Shown here piece by piece: positions 63,601-64,000 of a stretch of DNA of 64,000 nt (the first letter of the stretch is position 1; each line of letters opens with the position of its first letter). Made by a program: the position numbers and the translations under genes. This DNA is from Lingula anatina (Eukaryota > Animalia > Brachiopoda). Location: the NCBI GenBank assembly GCA_051362555.1, contig CM120644.1:1186954-1250953 (forward strand), given 5' to 3'. The notes under the pieces are model-generated. The model saw only the letters and a program-made list of their open reading frames with translations, made no database searches and was not told the DNA's origin.

Positions 63601-64000
63601 GCTCGGACGAGGACTCCTTTTAGTTTTTCTTGTCTGATATTTTTCAACGCCTCCCTCTTAGCCTCAAGTTCGTCCAAATAATTTTCATTTGGGTGGTTCA
63701 TTTCCATTACATAAATTTCTCTTTCTAGTTCTAATTCTTGCCTGTCCCTTTGTTTTTTCTTAACAGAGGAATGGGAAATTGTCATTCCTCTAATTTCCAT
63801 TAAAAGCATTTCTAAAAATAAGGAGTCATCAATAGTGAAAGATATTTGTTCGTTTGGAATTTCTGTAATATTTTCTTCGGCGTACACCGGAACTGCATAT
63901 TGAACTTTTGTTCTCTTAATTATGTCCTTCACTTTACTCACATATTCCTCATCTTTTAAGAGGGAACTGTTAAATACCCAAGTGCCTTTGCCCTTAATAA
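60675..64000 (-). mobile_element. L1/Tx1-clade LINE, 3' part with poly(A) tail; continues beyond the window
   Basis: Long ORF2, ~230-nt 3' UTR, AATAAA merging into a poly(A) tail (T-run 60675-60695 on the + strand). Confidence 0.93.
60924..64000 (-). CDS. LINE ORF2 (reverse transcriptase + C-terminal zinc-binding domain), 5'-truncated by the window edge
   Basis: Frame stays open to the edge (...KGKGTWVFNSSLLKDEEYVSKV). Motifs KSPGSDG, NWRPITLLN, DFEKAFD, GCRQGDPLSP, QYADD and CFIC..EDLRHVFLNC; no stops over more than 1000 codons. Confidence 0.95.
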   Translation of the reverse strand, partial: IKGKGTWVFNSSLLKDEEYVSKVKDIIKRTKVQYAVPVYAEENITEIPNEQISFTIDDSLFLEMLLMEIRGMTISHSSVKKKQRDRQELELEREIYVMEMNHPNENYLDELEAKREALKNIRQEKLKGVLVRAKCRWIEEGEKPTKYFCSLESRNYVNKTIQNLELPDGTTIFDQKLILNEAKLFYERLYSSKTNQLEEVDLELFFANLDVPKLSEPDKEYLQTEITSKELLRVLKKMKNNKSPGSDGFTAEFYNFFWNDLHSFIIRAVNEIFINEKMMASQNLGIITCIPKADKIRKFIKNWRPITLLNVIYKMISGCIAERMKLYLDKIISNSQSGFIAGRYIGENTRLIYDLMHIAEKKNIPALLILIDFEKAFDSVDWGFIDKVLDFFNFGETIKRWFYILNYDSKASVTQNGHLSEPFKISRGCRQGDPLSPYIFLLCAEILAIMIKNNKDICGIKLGDTEFKIIQYADDTTLILDGNRSSFLESFRTLDYFSKISGLHINNSKTKPVWIGSRKYSREVFHHVRWKLDWGSTQFNLLGIEFSVNLNDMVTLNFDKQIPKIEGMIRHWNRRILTPIGRINILKTLIIPMLNHLFISLPNPDPVFIKKLSSIFFQFIWGSKIDKVKRGQIVKDYEYGGLKMTDLSKFITALKCTWIRRLYLKNNVYNTILQSTFDLQSIWNIFDYGNDYLDILLRNCNNRFWKDVIISWKDLTYGIEDMNSNIALEPLWYNRKVKLGGVSILDKEWYNKGTRIIGDLFNEGKFLTKAELERKFGFQRVCDLKYFGIRNSLKCRLKEKNNEEIFEDILFPYVPQPVQLLIKSRNGCKDFYQVLMSEAPENLVHERKWNLDLNINITWKYVYENCFYVTRETKLQWFQYRIIFRILLVRSYLKRIGIEVSEKCFICGAEREDLRHVFLNCYRIRNIWTEMERLIANKTDERITLYDENILFGVSKTNFKPLNYIILVSKFYIYTCFKRKMQPTFPSLLLYIKTKFELEKYVSQKNLQLGHFLTEWRTWDSIFD

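Overview
Intron-rich, AT-rich animal genomic DNA, not prokaryotic. It is probably an invertebrate and likely a mollusc or other lophotrochozoan (inference from gene content: AA15 LPMO, SLC28 with an [11 protein letters not shown] motif, DEG/ENaC). I reconstructed six spliced protein-coding genes by hand from splice sites and codon phase: a UBA-UBX-SHP-LRR protein (- strand, runs off the left edge), a secreted DUF5054/GH38-like protein (+), an F-box protein with an unrecognised C-terminus (+), an SLC28 nucleoside transporter (+), a DEG/ENaC channel (+) and an AA15-type LPMO (-). There is also one doubtful single-TM ORF. Mobile DNA includes a 4.3-kb non-autonomous foldback element with TAGTC...GACTA ends and a 3-bp TSD (Academ-like), an L1/Tx1 LINE whose visible ORF2 is uninterrupted and runs off the right edge, several MITEs, a tRNA-derived SINE and LINE tails. 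Two observations stand out. (1) The LPMO has two intact, same-length, same-phase first exons, each with its own signal peptide and His1, feeding one shared set of downstream exons. (2) Five separate tandem arrays in two neighbouring genes each copy an exon end together with its splice site. Exon coordinates are manual and not checked against transcripts.
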